Source: an uncultured Candidatus Bathyarchaeia archaeon
Lineage (GTDB): Archaea > Thermoproteota > Bathyarchaeia > 40CM-2-53-6 > RBG-13-38-9
DNA: 64,000 bases
Assembly: GCA_964480955.1 (NCBI GenBank)
Contig: CAYZRW010000005.1
Span: 26,279-90,278 of the forward strand
Direction: 5' to 3'
Numbering within the stretch: the stretch's first letter is position 1; every line of letters starts with the position of its first letter. Positions 29,282 to 38,543 of this stretch are shown here, piece by piece. The notes under the pieces were generated by a model that saw only the letters and a list, made by a program, of their open reading frames with translations, searched no databases and was not told the origin of the DNA. Made by a program: the position numbers and the translations under genes.

Positions 29282-30681
29282 TCAGATTGAGTTATAGAAG
29301 AATAAACCACGATGTCCTCATCTTGGACACAACTTTGAGGGAGGGAGAACAGACTCCAGGAGTCACATTCACAATAGAAGAGAAGCTTGAGATAGCTCGG
29401 AAACTGGACGATATAGGGGTAGACATGATCGAGGCTGGAGACCCCAATGTCTCAAGCGATGTTAAGGAGGCTATTAGAAGAATCGCGAAGGAGGGTCTGA
29501 AAGCTGAGATACTTGCCCATTGCAGGGCCCTGGTCCCTGATGTTGAGACCGCAGCCTCATGTGGGGTAGACAGAGTCGCCATATTCCTCGGGACTTCAAA
29601 GTCCCATCTCAAATACAAAATGAAGAGGGATGAAGAGAAGGCTATAGAACTTGCTTCAAAAGCAATAGAACACGCCAGAGACCAAGGTTTGAAGGTCAGA
29701 TTCACAGCTGAAGACGCGTCAAGGACCGACTACGATTTTCTTTTGAAAATATGTAAAGAAGCACAAGACTCCGGCGCTGACAGGATAAGCATACCGGACA
29801 CAGTTGGAATAATGACTCCCAACAGTGTTCGGGAACTGTTTGGAAAACTTACTCAAGAACTTAAGGTTGAACTTGACACACACTGCCACAACGACCTAGG
29901 TATGTCAACGGCCAACACATTGGCAGGACTTGAGGGAGGAGCCACAGCAGCCCACGCCACCATTAACGGTTTAGGTGAGAGGAGTGGAATAGCCCCACTC
30001 AGCGAAGTCGCAGTTGCTCTGAAAGTGATATATGAAATTGAGACCGTGAGGCTTGAAGAACTCCCAGCACTATCCCTCTTAGTTGAGAGATACAGCGGAA
30101 TAGTCCCGGCGCCGAACACACCCATAATCGGGGAAAACGCCTTCACTCACAAGGCAGGTATTCATGTTGCAGGCGTTCTGGCCAACCCATCAACCTACGA
30201 AGGCTTCCCGCCAGATCTGATTGGGAGACAAAGGGACATAATCATAGACAAGTACACGGGAATTCACGCGGTCAAATCTAGACTCGAAAGGCTTGGTGTC
30301 ATCCTAAACGAGAGTCAAATAACTAGCGTGGTCCAAGCGATAAAAGAGAGGCCTACCGTCACCAGGTTCAGAGACGCCGACCTCATAGAGTTGGCCGAAC
30401 AGGTAACGGGGAAGAACCTCCAAGCTGAGGTTCCAAGCAAGGTTGAAGCCCTCCTAAGAGTCAAATGCGAATCGAACGTCTATACAACAGCAATAGCCAG
30501 AAGACTCAGAGCTCTAAAGAAAATCAGTAAGGTCTATGAGGTCACCGGAAACTATGACATTCAAGTCTCGATAACTGCAGACTCAACAGCAGACCTCAAC
30601 GACATCCTCGAGAGAATAAGGGAGATGGATGGTGTCAAAGAGACCGAGACTCAACTCATCCTGAAGAAGTTTGAAACCTAA
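29278..30681 (+). CDS. Homocitrate synthase with C-terminal RAM (Lrp ligand-binding) domain
   Basis: DTTLREGEQ, HCHNDLG, GLGERSG, HKAGIH; C-terminal EVTGNYDI...ETETQLIL; closes the lys operon. Confidence 0.85.
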   Translation: MIRLSYRRINHDVLILDTTLREGEQTPGVTFTIEEKLEIARKLDDIGVDMIEAGDPNVSSDVKEAIRRIAKEGLKAEILAHCRALVPDVETAASCGVDRVAIFLGTSKSHLKYKMKRDEEKAIELASKAIEHARDQGLKVRFTAEDASRTDYDFLLKICKEAQDSGADRISIPDTVGIMTPNSVRELFGKLTQELKVELDTHCHNDLGMSTANTLAGLEGGATAAHATINGLGERSGIAPLSEVAVALKVIYEIETVRLEELPALSLLVERYSGIVPAPNTPIIGENAFTHKAGIHVAGVLANPSTYEGFPPDLIGRQRDIIIDKYTGIHAVKSRLERLGVILNESQITSVVQAIKERPTVTRFRDADLIELAEQVTGKNLQAEVPSKVEALLRVKCESNVYTTAIARRLRALKKISKVYEVTGNYDIQVSITADSTADLNDILERIREMDGVKETETQLILKKFET

Positions 30682-30733
30682 ACCTCACAGGAATTTCCAG
30701 AAAACTCGAGAGGCTCAGGTAGGGAAAGATCTA

Positions 30734-30748
30734 CAATAACCTTATAAG
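30734..30748 (+). promoter_or_regulatory. Putative BRE/TATA promoter of the ilv/leu operon
   Basis: CAATAAC-CTTATAAG, about 33 nt upstream of the leader ORF ATG. Confidence 0.65.
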
Positions 30749-30780
30749 GGGCTGTACCGAGTCTAGGTCCAATCTGGACG

Positions 30781-30879
30781 ATGAGTGAAGCGGAAATGTT
30801 CACAGACGTCCCCACCAAGATACTTCCAAGTCCTCAACTCATAGTTCAACTCATCGTTCTCGTAGTACTCCTATTGTAG
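30781..30879 (+). CDS. Putative ilv/leu leader peptide, 32 aa
   Basis: MSEAEMFTDVPTKILPSPQLIVQLIVLVVLLL*; 12 of the last 13 codons are I/L/V; lies between promoter and ilvB. Confidence 0.7.
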   Translation: MSEAEMFTDVPTKILPSPQLIVQLIVLVVLLL

Positions 30880-30928
30880 CGCAGGCAGCAAACTCCGTGT
30901 TATTGCTGCACTGGCTGTGTAATAACAC
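30878..30928 (+). promoter_or_regulatory. Mutually exclusive RNA hairpins (attenuator-like) in the ilvB leader
   Basis: Hairpin A 30878-30891/30903-30916; hairpin B 30897-30906/30919-30928; they share 30903-30906. Confidence 0.6.
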
Positions 30929-30947
30929 TAGCAGAGATGATAATGGA

Positions 30948-32627
30948 ATGGTCAAGTCGTCCGGCGCAAAAGCGTTGGTGAAGTCCCTGGAGAGAGAGAA
31001 AGTCGAGACTATATTCGGGTTGCCTGGAGGCACTATCATGCCAGCCTACGATGTCCTTCTAGACTCAGAGATCAGACACATACTTGTAAGGCATGAGCAG
31101 TCGGCAGCCCACATGGCAGACGGATACGCAAGAGCCAGTGGAAGAACCGGTGTCTGCATGGCCACCTCCGGCCCCGGCGCCACGAACTTGGTAACCGGAA
31201 TCGCAACGGCACATCTCGACTCCTCTCCAGTAGTGGCTATAACGGGTCAAGTCTCAACCCCTCAGATAGGTCTGGACGCCTTTCAGGAAGCAGACATAAT
31301 TGGGATAGCAAGCCCCGTGACCAAATACAGCTTTCAGCCGCGCAGTGTCGCGGAGATACCTACGGCAGTCATGAAGGCCTTCTACATAGCCTCGACGGGA
31401 AGAGCAGGGCCTGTCCTGATAGACGTGCCCAAGGATGTCCAAGTTGATTTGGCGGAGGTGGAGTATCCCGAAAAGGTCGAGATCAGGGGATACAGAACCG
31501 TCTACAAGCCAGACCAAGAGAAGATCAACAGGGCGGCGGAGGTGCTGGCGAGGGCGGAGAAACCATTCATATTGGCGGGCGGTGGAGTAACCCTATCAAA
31601 CGCTTCGCATGAACTTCAAAGACTGGCTGAACTGCTACTCGCACCAGTCGCCACCTCACTCATGGGAAAAGGCTCATTCCCTGAAGACCATCCGCTCTCA
31701 ATGGGCATGGTTGGGATGCACGGTTCAAAGGAGACTAACCAGTTGATCTACGAGGCCGACGTAATATTGGCAGTTGGCTGTCGGTTCACAGACCGCACCA
31801 CAGGAAGGCTAGATGAGTTCTGCCCAGCCTCACACTTCATTCACATCGACATAGATGCGACAGAGATCGGAAAGAACAAGTGTGTAGAAGTAGCGATAGT
31901 CAGTGACGCTGGCCACGCCCTCAGAGCGCTGCTAAGAGCTTTAGCGAAGAATCTCACAGCAGCAAAGGACACCCCATGGTCAAGGAAGGTCAGGGAAGTC
32001 AAAGAGGCTTATGCAAATAAGATAGAGAATTCTGGAAAAGAGTTGACCCCGCCCAAAGTCCTGAAAGAGCTCAGGAGACTGTTGCCTCCGCAAGCGATAG
32101 TCACAACTGAAGTGGGTCAGAACCAGATGTGGGCCTCATTATGCTTTAGAGCGTTACGACCACGGACTTTCATAACTTCCGGAGGATTCGGATGCATGGG
32201 TTTCGGGTTTCCAGCCTCGATCGGTGCAAAAGCCGCAAAGCCTGACGTACCAGTCTTCGACATAGCTGGCGACGGAAGCTTCATGATGACAGAGAACTCT
32301 CTGGCAACATCGGTACTAGAGAAGCTGCCGGTCACGGTTCTGATATTGAACAATAGGATGCTTGGGATGGTTGCGCAGTGGCAAAGACTATTCTACAATA
32401 GAAGATACTCAGCCGTCAAGCTTGGAGAGGTTCCAGATTTCGTCAAGCTTGCAGGGGCTTATGGGGCTGAAGGATACAGGGTTGGGTCGATGCGGGAATT
32501 CTCAGAAGTAATCAAGAAATCCCTGAGAAACGAGGTTACAACCGTGATAGATGTTCCAATAGACCCTGAGGAGAACGTTTTACCGATGGTTCCGGCAGGT
32601 TACAGCTTAAAGGAAGTTATTGGGTGA
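30948..32627 (+). CDS. ilvB: Acetolactate synthase large subunit
   Basis: FGLPGG, RHEQSAAHMADGYAR, TSGPGATN, GQNQMW, GDGSF..N TPP motif; ATG at 30948. Confidence 0.96.
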   Translation: MVKSSGAKALVKSLEREKVETIFGLPGGTIMPAYDVLLDSEIRHILVRHEQSAAHMADGYARASGRTGVCMATSGPGATNLVTGIATAHLDSSPVVAITGQVSTPQIGLDAFQEADIIGIASPVTKYSFQPRSVAEIPTAVMKAFYIASTGRAGPVLIDVPKDVQVDLAEVEYPEKVEIRGYRTVYKPDQEKINRAAEVLARAEKPFILAGGGVTLSNASHELQRLAELLLAPVATSLMGKGSFPEDHPLSMGMVGMHGSKETNQLIYEADVILAVGCRFTDRTTGRLDEFCPASHFIHIDIDATEIGKNKCVEVAIVSDAGHALRALLRALAKNLTAAKDTPWSRKVREVKEAYANKIENSGKELTPPKVLKELRRLLPPQAIVTTEVGQNQMWASLCFRALRPRTFITSGGFGCMGFGFPASIGAKAAKPDVPVFDIAGDGSFMMTENSLATSVLEKLPVTVLILNNRMLGMVAQWQRLFYNRRYSAVKLGEVPDFVKLAGAYGAEGYRVGSMREFSEVIKKSLRNEVTTVIDVPIDPEENVLPMVPAGYSLKEVIG

Positions 32628-32633
32628 AAACCC

Positions 32634-33140
32634 TTGGCAAAGACCTTCATCATATCCGCGTTAGTCGAGCATAAACCGGGTGTCCTCTATAAGGTATCAA
32701 ACATGTTCTGGCGTCGCGGCTTCAACATCGAGAGCGTAGCTATCGGCACAGCAGAGCAAGAAGATCTCGCACGGATGACAATAACTATTAAAGGAGAGGA
32801 GGAGGACGCGGAACAACTTGTCGGTCAGCTAGAAAAGCTGGTAGACGTCCTCAAAGCCGCAAGACTCGACCAAGAAAGAGCGGTCATAAGGGAACTGGCC
32901 CTAGTCAAACTCCGCGCAAAAGACCCGAAGGTACGGTCGGACATCTTCCACTACGTAGACGTTTTCAGAGGAAGAATAGTTGACGTCTCTCCAGAGACAG
33001 CGACTGTGGAGATAGTTGGAAGCAAAGACAAGATAGACGCCTTCATAAGCCTCACAAGAAGCTTTGGCGTGGTCGAAGTCGCGAGGACAGGTGAGACTGC
33101 GCTTATTAGGGGCCCCCAATCTGTAAGAATAGACATTTAG
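32634..33140 (+). CDS. ilvN: Acetolactate synthase small regulatory subunit
   Basis: [35 protein letters not shown]. Confidence 0.96.
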   Translation: MAKTFIISALVEHKPGVLYKVSNMFWRRGFNIESVAIGTAEQEDLARMTITIKGEEEDAEQLVGQLEKLVDVLKAARLDQERAVIRELALVKLRAKDPKVRSDIFHYVDVFRGRIVDVSPETATVEIVGSKDKIDAFISLTRSFGVVEVARTGETALIRGPQSVRIDI

Positions 33141-33150
33141 GGTGATTTGG

Positions 33151-34155
33151 ATGGCCAAGGTATATCATGACCAAGACGCAGACATGAAGTATCTGGAAGG
33201 AAAGACCATAGCGGTGATAGGTTATGGAAATCAAGGGCATGCTCAAGCCCTTACCTTCAGGGATTCAGGCGTAAACGTCGTTGTAGGCCTCAGACCTGGA
33301 GGAAAATCCTGGAAACTGGCTGAGCAAGAGGGTTTCAAGCCCCTAACAGTCGAGGAGGCGGCGAAGAAGGCAGACATCATACACCTGCTCTTCCCAGACC
33401 TAGAACAGCCCACCGTCTACCGTCAGTACATAGAACCTAACCTGAAAGAGGGCAAGACTCTAAGTTGCTCCCACGCCTACAATATTCACTTCAAGCAGAT
33501 CGTTCCGCCCAAGAATACTGACGTCATTATGGTAGCCCCCAAGAGCCCCGGTTCAAGGCTCAGAGAGATCTACAAGGAAGGCTTCGGCGTACCGGCTTTG
33601 ATAGCGGTCTACCAGAACGCCTCGGGTAAAGCCAAAGAGACGGTCCTCGCGATGGCCAAATCCCTCGGGACGACAAGAGCAGGGGTGATAGAGACAACAT
33701 TCAAGGAAGAGGCTGAGACCGACATAATCGGGGAGCAGATAGTTCTGGGGGGCGGATCGATGGAACTGATCAAGAAGGGATTCGAAGTCCTCGTAGAGGC
33801 AGGATACCAACCTGAACTCGCATACTTCGAGGTTGCGAACGAACTGAAGCTGATGGTCGACCTCCTCTACGAAGGCGGACTGACCAGGATGATGAAGATG
33901 ATCTCCCACACGGCCCAGTATGGAAGCCTAACGGTTGGGCCGAGAGTGATTGACGACCACGTAAAAGAAAACATGCGCAAAGTTGTGAAATTCGTTCAGA
34001 GTGGCGAGTTTGCGAGAGAGTGGAGTGGCGACCCAAAGAAGAGTATGGAGCGACTCAACAAGTTGATGAGAGAGCTTGAGGAACACCAAATAGAAAAGGT
34101 TGGAAAAGCAATCAGACAGATGGCTGGGATAGAGAGGGGCGCCTCAGCCTACTAA
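33151..34155 (+). CDS. ilvC: Ketol-acid reductoisomerase
   Basis: [38 protein letters not shown]. Confidence 0.96.
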   Translation: MAKVYHDQDADMKYLEGKTIAVIGYGNQGHAQALTFRDSGVNVVVGLRPGGKSWKLAEQEGFKPLTVEEAAKKADIIHLLFPDLEQPTVYRQYIEPNLKEGKTLSCSHAYNIHFKQIVPPKNTDVIMVAPKSPGSRLREIYKEGFGVPALIAVYQNASGKAKETVLAMAKSLGTTRAGVIETTFKEEAETDIIGEQIVLGGGSMELIKKGFEVLVEAGYQPELAYFEVANELKLMVDLLYEGGLTRMMKMISHTAQYGSLTVGPRVIDDHVKENMRKVVKFVQSGEFAREWSGDPKKSMERLNKLMRELEEHQIEKVGKAIRQMAGIERGASAY

Positions 34156-34177
34156 CAACTACTCAAAGGTATAACAC

Positions 34178-35437
34178 TTGAACATATTCGAAAAGATACT
34201 GGCCAGGGCGGCGGGAAGGAAAGAAGTATCCGCCGGCGAGATTGTTGAAGCAAACATAGATATGGCCATGATTCACGACCTCACCGGACCCTTGACGGTC
34301 GACTCCTTCCGCAAGATCGGAGCCGAAAAGGTATGGGACCCAAAAAGGATAGTTGTCATATTCGACCACCTAGTTCCAGCAAGCACTATCAGAGCAGCCA
34401 CCCTCCAAAAGGGACTGAGAGAATTCGTGAAGGAGCAGGGCATCCAAAGCCTTTATGATATAGGTCAAGGGGGTGTCTGCCACCAAGTCTTCCATGAGAA
34501 AGGTCACGTGAGGCCGGGAGAACTCATTGTCGGTGCAGACTCCCACACATGCACTTACGGAGCCTTAGGAGCCTTCGCAACAGGAATAGGCTCAACAGAG
34601 ATGGCGGCGGTCTTCACCACGGGAAGAATGTGGTTCAAAGTACCCAAAGCCCTAAGGATAAATGCGTCCGGAAACTTCAAGCGGTATACGACCCCAAAAG
34701 ACTTGATACTCAGAATCATAGGTGACCTCGGTGAGGGCGGCGCCATATACAAAGGGTTAGAGTTCACAGGCCCAACATTCACCAATATGAGCATTGACGG
34801 CAGACTCGCAGTATGCAACATGGTGGTTGAGGCTGGGGCAAAGGCGGGCATAGTACCGCCAGACAACAGAACAATCGCCTACGTCAGGGCGAGAACCAAG
34901 AAGCCATTCAAACCAGCAAGAAGCGACAGAGACGCCAGCTATGAAGACATCCTAGAATATGACGTCTCAAGACTGGTGCCACAGGTAGCTTGCCCTCCAT
35001 CCGTCGACAACGTCAAACCAGCCTTGGAACTGTCAGACGTGAAGGTCGACCAAGTATTCATAGGATCATGCACAAATGGGAGGCTTGAGGACCTCCGGCT
35101 CGCGGCAAAGGTCCTGAAGGGAAGGGAAATCCACAAGGACGTCAGAATGATCGTCAGCCCAGCCTCTCAAGAAGTCTGCGTCCAATGCCTCAAAGAAGGA
35201 CTATTCAGAACATTCATGGAGGCGGGAGCCATAATCACCAATGCCACCTGCGGCCCATGTATAGGTGGACACATGGGAATACTGGCGCCGAAAGAGGTCT
35301 GCATAAGCACCTCAAACCGCAACTTCATAGGAAGAATGGGAAGCCCTCAGTCAGAAGTCTACTTGGCCAATCCAGCTACCGCGGCCGCATCTGGAATAGC
35401 TGGCCACATAATAGATCCAAATGAACTCAAGAGGTGA
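34178..35437 (+). CDS. leuC: 3-isopropylmalate dehydratase/homoaconitase large subunit
   Basis: GADSHTCTYG, IGSCTNGR, CGPCIG, STSNRNFIGRMG. Confidence 0.92.
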   Translation: MNIFEKILARAAGRKEVSAGEIVEANIDMAMIHDLTGPLTVDSFRKIGAEKVWDPKRIVVIFDHLVPASTIRAATLQKGLREFVKEQGIQSLYDIGQGGVCHQVFHEKGHVRPGELIVGADSHTCTYGALGAFATGIGSTEMAAVFTTGRMWFKVPKALRINASGNFKRYTTPKDLILRIIGDLGEGGAIYKGLEFTGPTFTNMSIDGRLAVCNMVVEAGAKAGIVPPDNRTIAYVRARTKKPFKPARSDRDASYEDILEYDVSRLVPQVACPPSVDNVKPALELSDVKVDQVFIGSCTNGRLEDLRLAAKVLKGREIHKDVRMIVSPASQEVCVQCLKEGLFRTFMEAGAIITNATCGPCIGGHMGILAPKEVCISTSNRNFIGRMGSPQSEVYLANPATAAASGIAGHIIDPNELKR

Positions 35438-35940
35438 TGAACTTGGCCATAACTGCAAAAGCTGTGAAGTTTGGAGACAACATAAACACTGACGTGATCC
35501 TGCCGGGCAAGTACCTTGAGTTGATCGAACCTGAAGAGCTTGGCAAACACGCTCTCGAGGGTCTAGACCCAACTTTTGCCCAAAGGGCAAGAGAAGGAGT
35601 GATACTGGTAGGAGGCAGAAACTTCGGTTGCGGTTCAAGTAGGGAACAGGCCCCAATAGCACTGAAAAGCGCAGGTGTACGGTGTGTGGTGGCAGAGTCC
35701 TTTGCAAGAATCTTCTACAGAAACGCGATCAACATAGGACTACCAGCCTTGGAATGTGTAGGAGTCACAGGAAAGGTTGACGAGGGCGACCTGCTCTCGG
35801 CAGACCCAAAAACCGGAACAGTAGAGAACCATACTAAAGGAACAGTCCTCAAGACCTCGCCTCTGCCAACATTCATCCTGAACCTTCTTGAGGAGGGCGG
35901 CCTCATCCCCCACGTGAGAGGCTTGATAGGAAAGAGATGA
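35434..35940 (+). CDS. leuD: 3-isopropylmalate dehydratase/homoaconitase small subunit
   Basis: NINTDVILPGKYL, NFGCGSSREQA, SFARIFYRNAINIGLP. Confidence 0.92.
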   Translation: MMNLAITAKAVKFGDNINTDVILPGKYLELIEPEELGKHALEGLDPTFAQRAREGVILVGGRNFGCGSSREQAPIALKSAGVRCVVAESFARIFYRNAINIGLPALECVGVTGKVDEGDLLSADPKTGTVENHTKGTVLKTSPLPTFILNLLEEGGLIPHVRGLIGKR

Positions 35941-36965
35941 GAGATCGTCGAGTAGCCGTAATTCCAGGGGACGGGATAGGTCCAGAACAGGTAGAGGCGA
36001 CACTGAAAGTCCTAGAGGCTGTTCAACAGAAATTCGGATTCAACATATCCTTTGTCATGGTTGACGCCGGGGACGAATGTTTCAGAAAGAAAGGGGAAGC
36101 TCTCCCTCAGGACACCATAGAAGCCATCAAGGACTCTGACGCAATCCTGAAAGGACCTGTTGGGGAGATGGCTCGAGACGTAGTAGTGAAGCTAAGACTA
36201 ATGTTCAGACTTTACGCTAATTTAAGACCCGCCAAAGCCTACCAGGGAATAGAATGCTTGAGGCCCGACATAGACTTCGTAATGGTACGGGAGAATACTG
36301 AAGACCTATACAAAGGAATAGAGTTTGAGCTCGACGGCTCAGCCATAGCGATACGCATCATAACAGAAACCGGCTCAAAGGATATCGCCGACTATGCCTT
36401 CAGACTCGCAAGGACAAGAAACAAGAAGAGAAGGGTGACAGTCGTTCACAAAGCAAACGTCATGAGAGTCACCGACGGACTCTTCAGGCGAATGTGCCAA
36501 GAGACCTCAGAGAACTATCCAGACATCACGGTGAACGAGATGTATGTTGACGCTACGGCGATGAACCTCATCAGGATCCCCCAAGAGTTTGACGTCATAG
36601 TGACAACAAACCTCTTCGGGGACATACTCTCAGACGAGGCGGCGCAGCTCGTCGGAGGCTTGGGCGTCGCACCCTCAGCCAATATAGGGAGAGACTTCGC
36701 CCTCTTCGAGCCGGTCCACGGCTCAGCGCCGGACATAGCTGGGAGACAGACAGCCAACCCATGCTCAATGATTCTATCCTCAAAGATGATGCTTGAATAC
36801 TTCGGGGAGAGAGGAGGAGGAAAGGAGTGGATGGATGCGGCTAACGCCATCGAGGAAGCCTTCATAGATACATTGAAGTCAGGCGTCACCACACCTGACC
36901 TGGGTGGAAGAAGCAAGACCATAGAAGTTGGAGAGTCAATAGCTCAGAGAATAGTCGAGGCGTAA
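35937..36965 (+). CDS. leuB: 3-isopropylmalate dehydrogenase
   Basis: GDGIGPE, KGPVGE, VRENTEDLY, HKANV, NLFGDILSD, EPVHGSAPDIAG. Confidence 0.85.
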   Translation: MRDRRVAVIPGDGIGPEQVEATLKVLEAVQQKFGFNISFVMVDAGDECFRKKGEALPQDTIEAIKDSDAILKGPVGEMARDVVVKLRLMFRLYANLRPAKAYQGIECLRPDIDFVMVRENTEDLYKGIEFELDGSAIAIRIITETGSKDIADYAFRLARTRNKKRRVTVVHKANVMRVTDGLFRRMCQETSENYPDITVNEMYVDATAMNLIRIPQEFDVIVTTNLFGDILSDEAAQLVGGLGVAPSANIGRDFALFEPVHGSAPDIAGRQTANPCSMILSSKMMLEYFGERGGGKEWMDAANAIEEAFIDTLKSGVTTPDLGGRSKTIEVGESIAQRIVEA

Positions 36966-38495
36966 ATGATGCAGAACAAGAAAGGTATGGTCAGAATATT
37001 CGACACAACCCTGAGGGACGGGGAGCAGACTCCTGGAGTATCGCTTACACCTGAAGAGAAGCTTGAGATAGCCCTGAAGCTCGATGAGCTTGGCGTCGAC
37101 ACTATAGAGGCAGGCTTCCCAATAGTATCCAAAGGAGAACTTGAAGCAGCCAAACTCATAACCAAGCAAGGCTTGAAGTCCGAGATCTGCGCGCTCGCGC
37201 GGGCAGACCAGAGAGACATCGACGTAGCCCTTGGATGTGAGGTTCCGTGCATACACGTTTTCATAGCGACTTCAGAGATCCACATGAAGCATAAACTGCA
37301 GATGAACAAGGAGCAGGTTCTGGAAGCGGCGAAGAAGTGGGTAGGCTACACAAAGGATCACGGTGTGATTGTAGAGTTCTCTCCGGAAGACGCAACAAGG
37401 ACAGACCCGGAATTCCTCAGACAGGTTCTGAAGGCAACGGAAGATGCTGGAGCTGACAGAATAAACATACCTGACACAGTGGGCATCGCAACACCTGAGA
37501 GAATGTTTGAGATAATATCCAGTGCTGTGTCCACGGTGGACATACCGATCAGCGTGCACTGCCACAACGACTTCGGCCTGGCAGTTGCAAACTCGCTGGC
37601 AGGGGTCAGGGCAGGGGCTTCCCAAGCTCATGTCACAATAAACGGCCTCGGCGAGAGAGCTGGCAACGCCTCGCTTGAAGAATTCGCTATGTCACTTCAC
37701 CTTCTCCAAGACAAGAAGACGAATATCAATACCAGACTAATCTATGAGACCTCAAGGTTGGTCTCTAGACTCACAGGTGTACCTGTGCAGCCAAACAAGG
37801 CTATAGTTGGTGAGAACGCCTTCGGCCATGAATCAGGAATCCACACACATGGAATACTCAAGAGCCCCCTAACATATGAACCAATAGACCCGGAGCTTGT
37901 CGGGAGGAAGAGGTGGTTCCAGGTTGGAAAACACGTGGGAGGACACGGCCTCGCAGCGAAGCTTGAGGAGGACGGTCTCCACCCAAATGAGGAACAGATG
38001 AAGGAGATAATGCAGCGGGTCAAGGACATTGGGGACAAAGGAAAATTGGTTACTGATGCAGACCTGTTTGCGATTGCAAAGGCAGTTATCGGCGGGGTCT
38101 CTGAGGAAAAGAGAATTGTAGACCTAAAAAATATCACCATAGTCACTGGAACAGAAGTTGTTCCAACATCCTCTGTCAAGATGCTGGTTGACGGTAAAGA
38201 ATACATTGCCTCAGAGACTGGAGTTGGGCCGGTGGACGCCGCCATCAAGGCCATCTACAAGATTGTGAGTCCACTTGTAGATGTGAGGCTGAAGGAATAT
38301 CGGCTGGAAGCCACAACAGGTGGATCCGACGCCTTGGCTGAGGTTCTCATAAAGGTAGAGGATAAAGAAGGAAGTGTTGTATCGGCTAGGGCGGCCCGCG
38401 AGGACGTAGTTATAGCGAGTGTAGAGGCTATGATAGAGGGGATCAACAAGATTCTGCTGAAGGGCCGCATGAAATCCTCCAGAGACAAACATTAA
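36966..38495 (+). CDS. leuA: 2-isopropylmalate synthase
   Basis: DTTLRDGEQ, EAGFP, IHVFIATS, HCHNDFG, HESGIH, regulatory domain GVGPVDA; citramalate synthase not fully excluded. Confidence 0.85.
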   Translation: MMQNKKGMVRIFDTTLRDGEQTPGVSLTPEEKLEIALKLDELGVDTIEAGFPIVSKGELEAAKLITKQGLKSEICALARADQRDIDVALGCEVPCIHVFIATSEIHMKHKLQMNKEQVLEAAKKWVGYTKDHGVIVEFSPEDATRTDPEFLRQVLKATEDAGADRINIPDTVGIATPERMFEIISSAVSTVDIPISVHCHNDFGLAVANSLAGVRAGASQAHVTINGLGERAGNASLEEFAMSLHLLQDKKTNINTRLIYETSRLVSRLTGVPVQPNKAIVGENAFGHESGIHTHGILKSPLTYEPIDPELVGRKRWFQVGKHVGGHGLAAKLEEDGLHPNEEQMKEIMQRVKDIGDKGKLVTDADLFAIAKAVIGGVSEEKRIVDLKNITIVTGTEVVPTSSVKMLVDGKEYIASETGVGPVDAAIKAIYKIVSPLVDVRLKEYRLEATTGGSDALAEVLIKVEDKEGSVVSARAAREDVVIASVEAMIEGINKILLKGRMKSSRDKH

Positions 38496-38543
38496 CAGAA
38501 AGTGTCAAAGAACCGGCGGTCAGAACCACCACTGTGATTTGCC

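Noticed and set aside
30897..30947. ORF-track GTG start for ilvB
   Set aside because: The added residues are not ALS-like and coincide with the hairpin region; ATG 30948 fits better.
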